A program made the translations under genes and the position numbers. The notes beneath the pieces were generated by a model that saw only the letters and a list, made by a program, of their open reading frames with translations, had not been told where the DNA came from and made no database searches. This document shows positions 6,031-7,688 of a DNA stretch of 7,688 nt, piece after piece. Source of the stretch: Hormiphora californensis (Eukaryota > Animalia > Ctenophora); the NCBI GenBank assembly GCA_020137815.1, contig WFME01000039.1, positions 1 through 7,688 of the forward strand, in the 5' to 3' direction. Position 1 is the stretch's first letter, and the number at the start of each line of letters is the position of its first letter.

Positions 6031-6260
6031 TGTGAGGGGATCGCCCTACGGGCGCGCGAACATGGGGGGCGCGACGTGCCCAAAGCAAGTCTGGACGGCG
6101 CCAATAAAAATTATGTCTGATTCCGTCTCATTCTCAAGCCCGTCTGTGAGGGGATCGCCCTACGGGCGCGCGAACATGGGGGGCGCGACGTGCCCAAAGC
6201 AAGTCTGGACGGCGCCAATAAAAATTATGTCTGATTCCGTCTCATTCTCAAGCCCGTCTG
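6031..6260. repeat. Perfect 114-bp tandem duplication (GC-rich)
   Basis: 6031-6144 is identical to 6145-6258. Seen as the duplicated 38-aa block in ORF 5960-6286. Confidence 0.95.
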
Positions 6261-6433
6261 GGCCAAAACTCGTTCTAAACGGGTAGCGGTAAAGTCACAC
6301 ATTCTTTACTTTTAGCACCAAAGGGCCCATTCACCGGTAGCTACAGATCTGTGAGAATATCACACGTTTTTGATCATTTCTTCACCCGGATGATAACCCC
6401 GGTCGCTTGGGTAGGCGGCAAATCTAACTAAAT

Positions 6434-6541
6434 CGTCAGTGTGACGACGTGATCCGTCAGTGTGACGACGTGATCCGTCAGTGTGACGACGTGATCCGTC
6501 AGTGTGACGACGTGATCCGTCAGTGTGATGACGTGATTCGT
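6434..6541. repeat. 21-bp minisatellite x5 (CGTCAGTGTGACGACGTGATC)
   Basis: Four perfect units from 6434 and a fifth (6518-6538) with two substitutions. Confidence 0.97.
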
Positions 6542-6589
6542 AGGTATCACGTATCACAAGTGCTTGCGAACTGAGGGCCTAAAACACAT

Positions 6590-6826
6590 TAAAAAAAAAA
6601 GGGGGGGGGAAGAGAAAAAAGGGATCATATCCATTGTTTTAAGCCCCACCCAAAAAGGGGGAAGAGGGAGAGATGAGGGAAGGAGAGAGGAGGGAAGGGA
6701 AGGCCCCCTAGCCCAAAGGGGGAAAGGCAGCCCTTTAAACAGAAAAGGAAAAGATAAATAAAAGGGGGGGGAAGAGGGGTTTGAGAATAGTTAGGGAGCA
6801 GAAAAAAAGAGAAGAAGATAGAAAAA
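6590..6826. repeat. Purine-rich low-complexity tract with homopolymer runs
   Basis: Dominated by A/G runs such as A10G8. Possibly poor-quality sequence. Confidence 0.7.
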
Positions 6827-7442
6827 TCCTCGATTGCGTCGGTACGTGCCCCGTTTTAGTGTTTTAATGGCCCACCCCATTCTCGGTCGGGCCAAAAACA
6901 GGTGGCCCCCATGATTGAAAGTTCCCAAACCCCCAACCCAAAAAAGCCAAAAAAAATTCTGTAAAACAATTATTGATCACAATTAAAAGTTAAACTTATT
7001 CATTTGAAGTGACGGGTAAATCTGCGGAAATTTCTAATTTGAGTGTGGGGAGATTTGTGGTAAAAAAAAGTTTTTTAATCCTGACGAAAACTCCTACAGA
7101 AAACGCCGCGACCCATTATGGATTGAGCCACTGTCAAATGGGGTCTGGCCCGCCGCGAAAAAGTTATATTTAAATTCCCTTCACACTTTAAAACCCCCTT
7201 CACCCAAAACCCCAAACCTATTGAATAAATCTCTCGTGGTTTAATTTTATCTTCCGGGCTTGTCCCATGGAAACCAATTTTTTTCATTTACCGGGTTTGT
7301 GTGTTTGGCCGGAGGAGAGCGGGGACCCGACACGATGGTTTAAAAGATTTGGGGGCGCCATGAGGGAAACCACTATACCGGGTCTTTCTCACCCGGGTGG
7401 GAGTATCAACTTTTTTTTCCCTCTGACGTATGGAGATATGTT

Positions 7443-7688
7443 AGAGAGAGAGTAGCGAGCGAGAGATAGAGACTCGATAGAGAGAATAGCGAGAGATCTT
7501 ATCGCTCGAGAGCGCGAGCTAGCTATATTTCCCTATATCAGATCATCATCCTATATATAAGCGATACTCTCGATCTCCCCGTCTCTCGTCTCTCAGGCGC
7601 GCTCTCTGACTCTCTCTCTCTCTCTTCTCATTCTCCTCTTCCTCTCTCTCTCTCTCTCTCTCTCGCCTCTCTTCTCTCTCTCTCGCTC
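7443..7688. repeat. Degenerate (GA)n grading into (CT)n microsatellite
   Basis: GA-periodic at 7443-7496, mixed dinucleotide periodicity in the middle, and CT-periodic from about 7582 to the end. Confidence 0.85.

Noticed and set aside
5870-6557. ORFs 5870-6088, 5960-6286 and 6360-6557
   Set aside because: They lie in tandem-duplicated repeat DNA, several rely on non-ATG starts, and they have no recognisable motifs.
6564-7455. ORFs 6564-6761, 7075-7287 and 7267-7455
   Set aside because: Short, compositionally biased, and located in apparently low-quality sequence.

Overview
Eukaryotic, most likely invertebrate-animal, genomic DNA; there are no prokaryotic hallmarks. The repeat style is reminiscent of ctenophore assemblies, but that is an unverified guess. 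The one well-supported gene is an apparently intronless type II Golgi carbohydrate sulfotransferase of the Sulfotransfer_2 (HNK-1ST/CHST8-14-like) family starting at 2221. Its stem is expanded by tandem repeats, and a one-base frameshift near 3276-3340 puts the family-typical C-terminus in another frame (stop 3519-3521). A possible first coding exon of a divergently oriented gene lies at 200->36 on the minus strand. The rest is mostly non-coding repeat DNA. It includes a structurally complete Helentron-associated (HINE/DINE-1-like) element at about 1071-1737 whose central 21-bp repeats each carry an RFX X-box-like palindrome, a modular fold-back next to telomere-like hexamers (3661-3919), and an identical 263-bp direct repeat (4129-4391 / 5521-5783) that looks like a tail-to-head junction of non-autonomous elements. 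There are also several minisatellites and (CT)n tracts. Sequence after about 6560 looks low quality.
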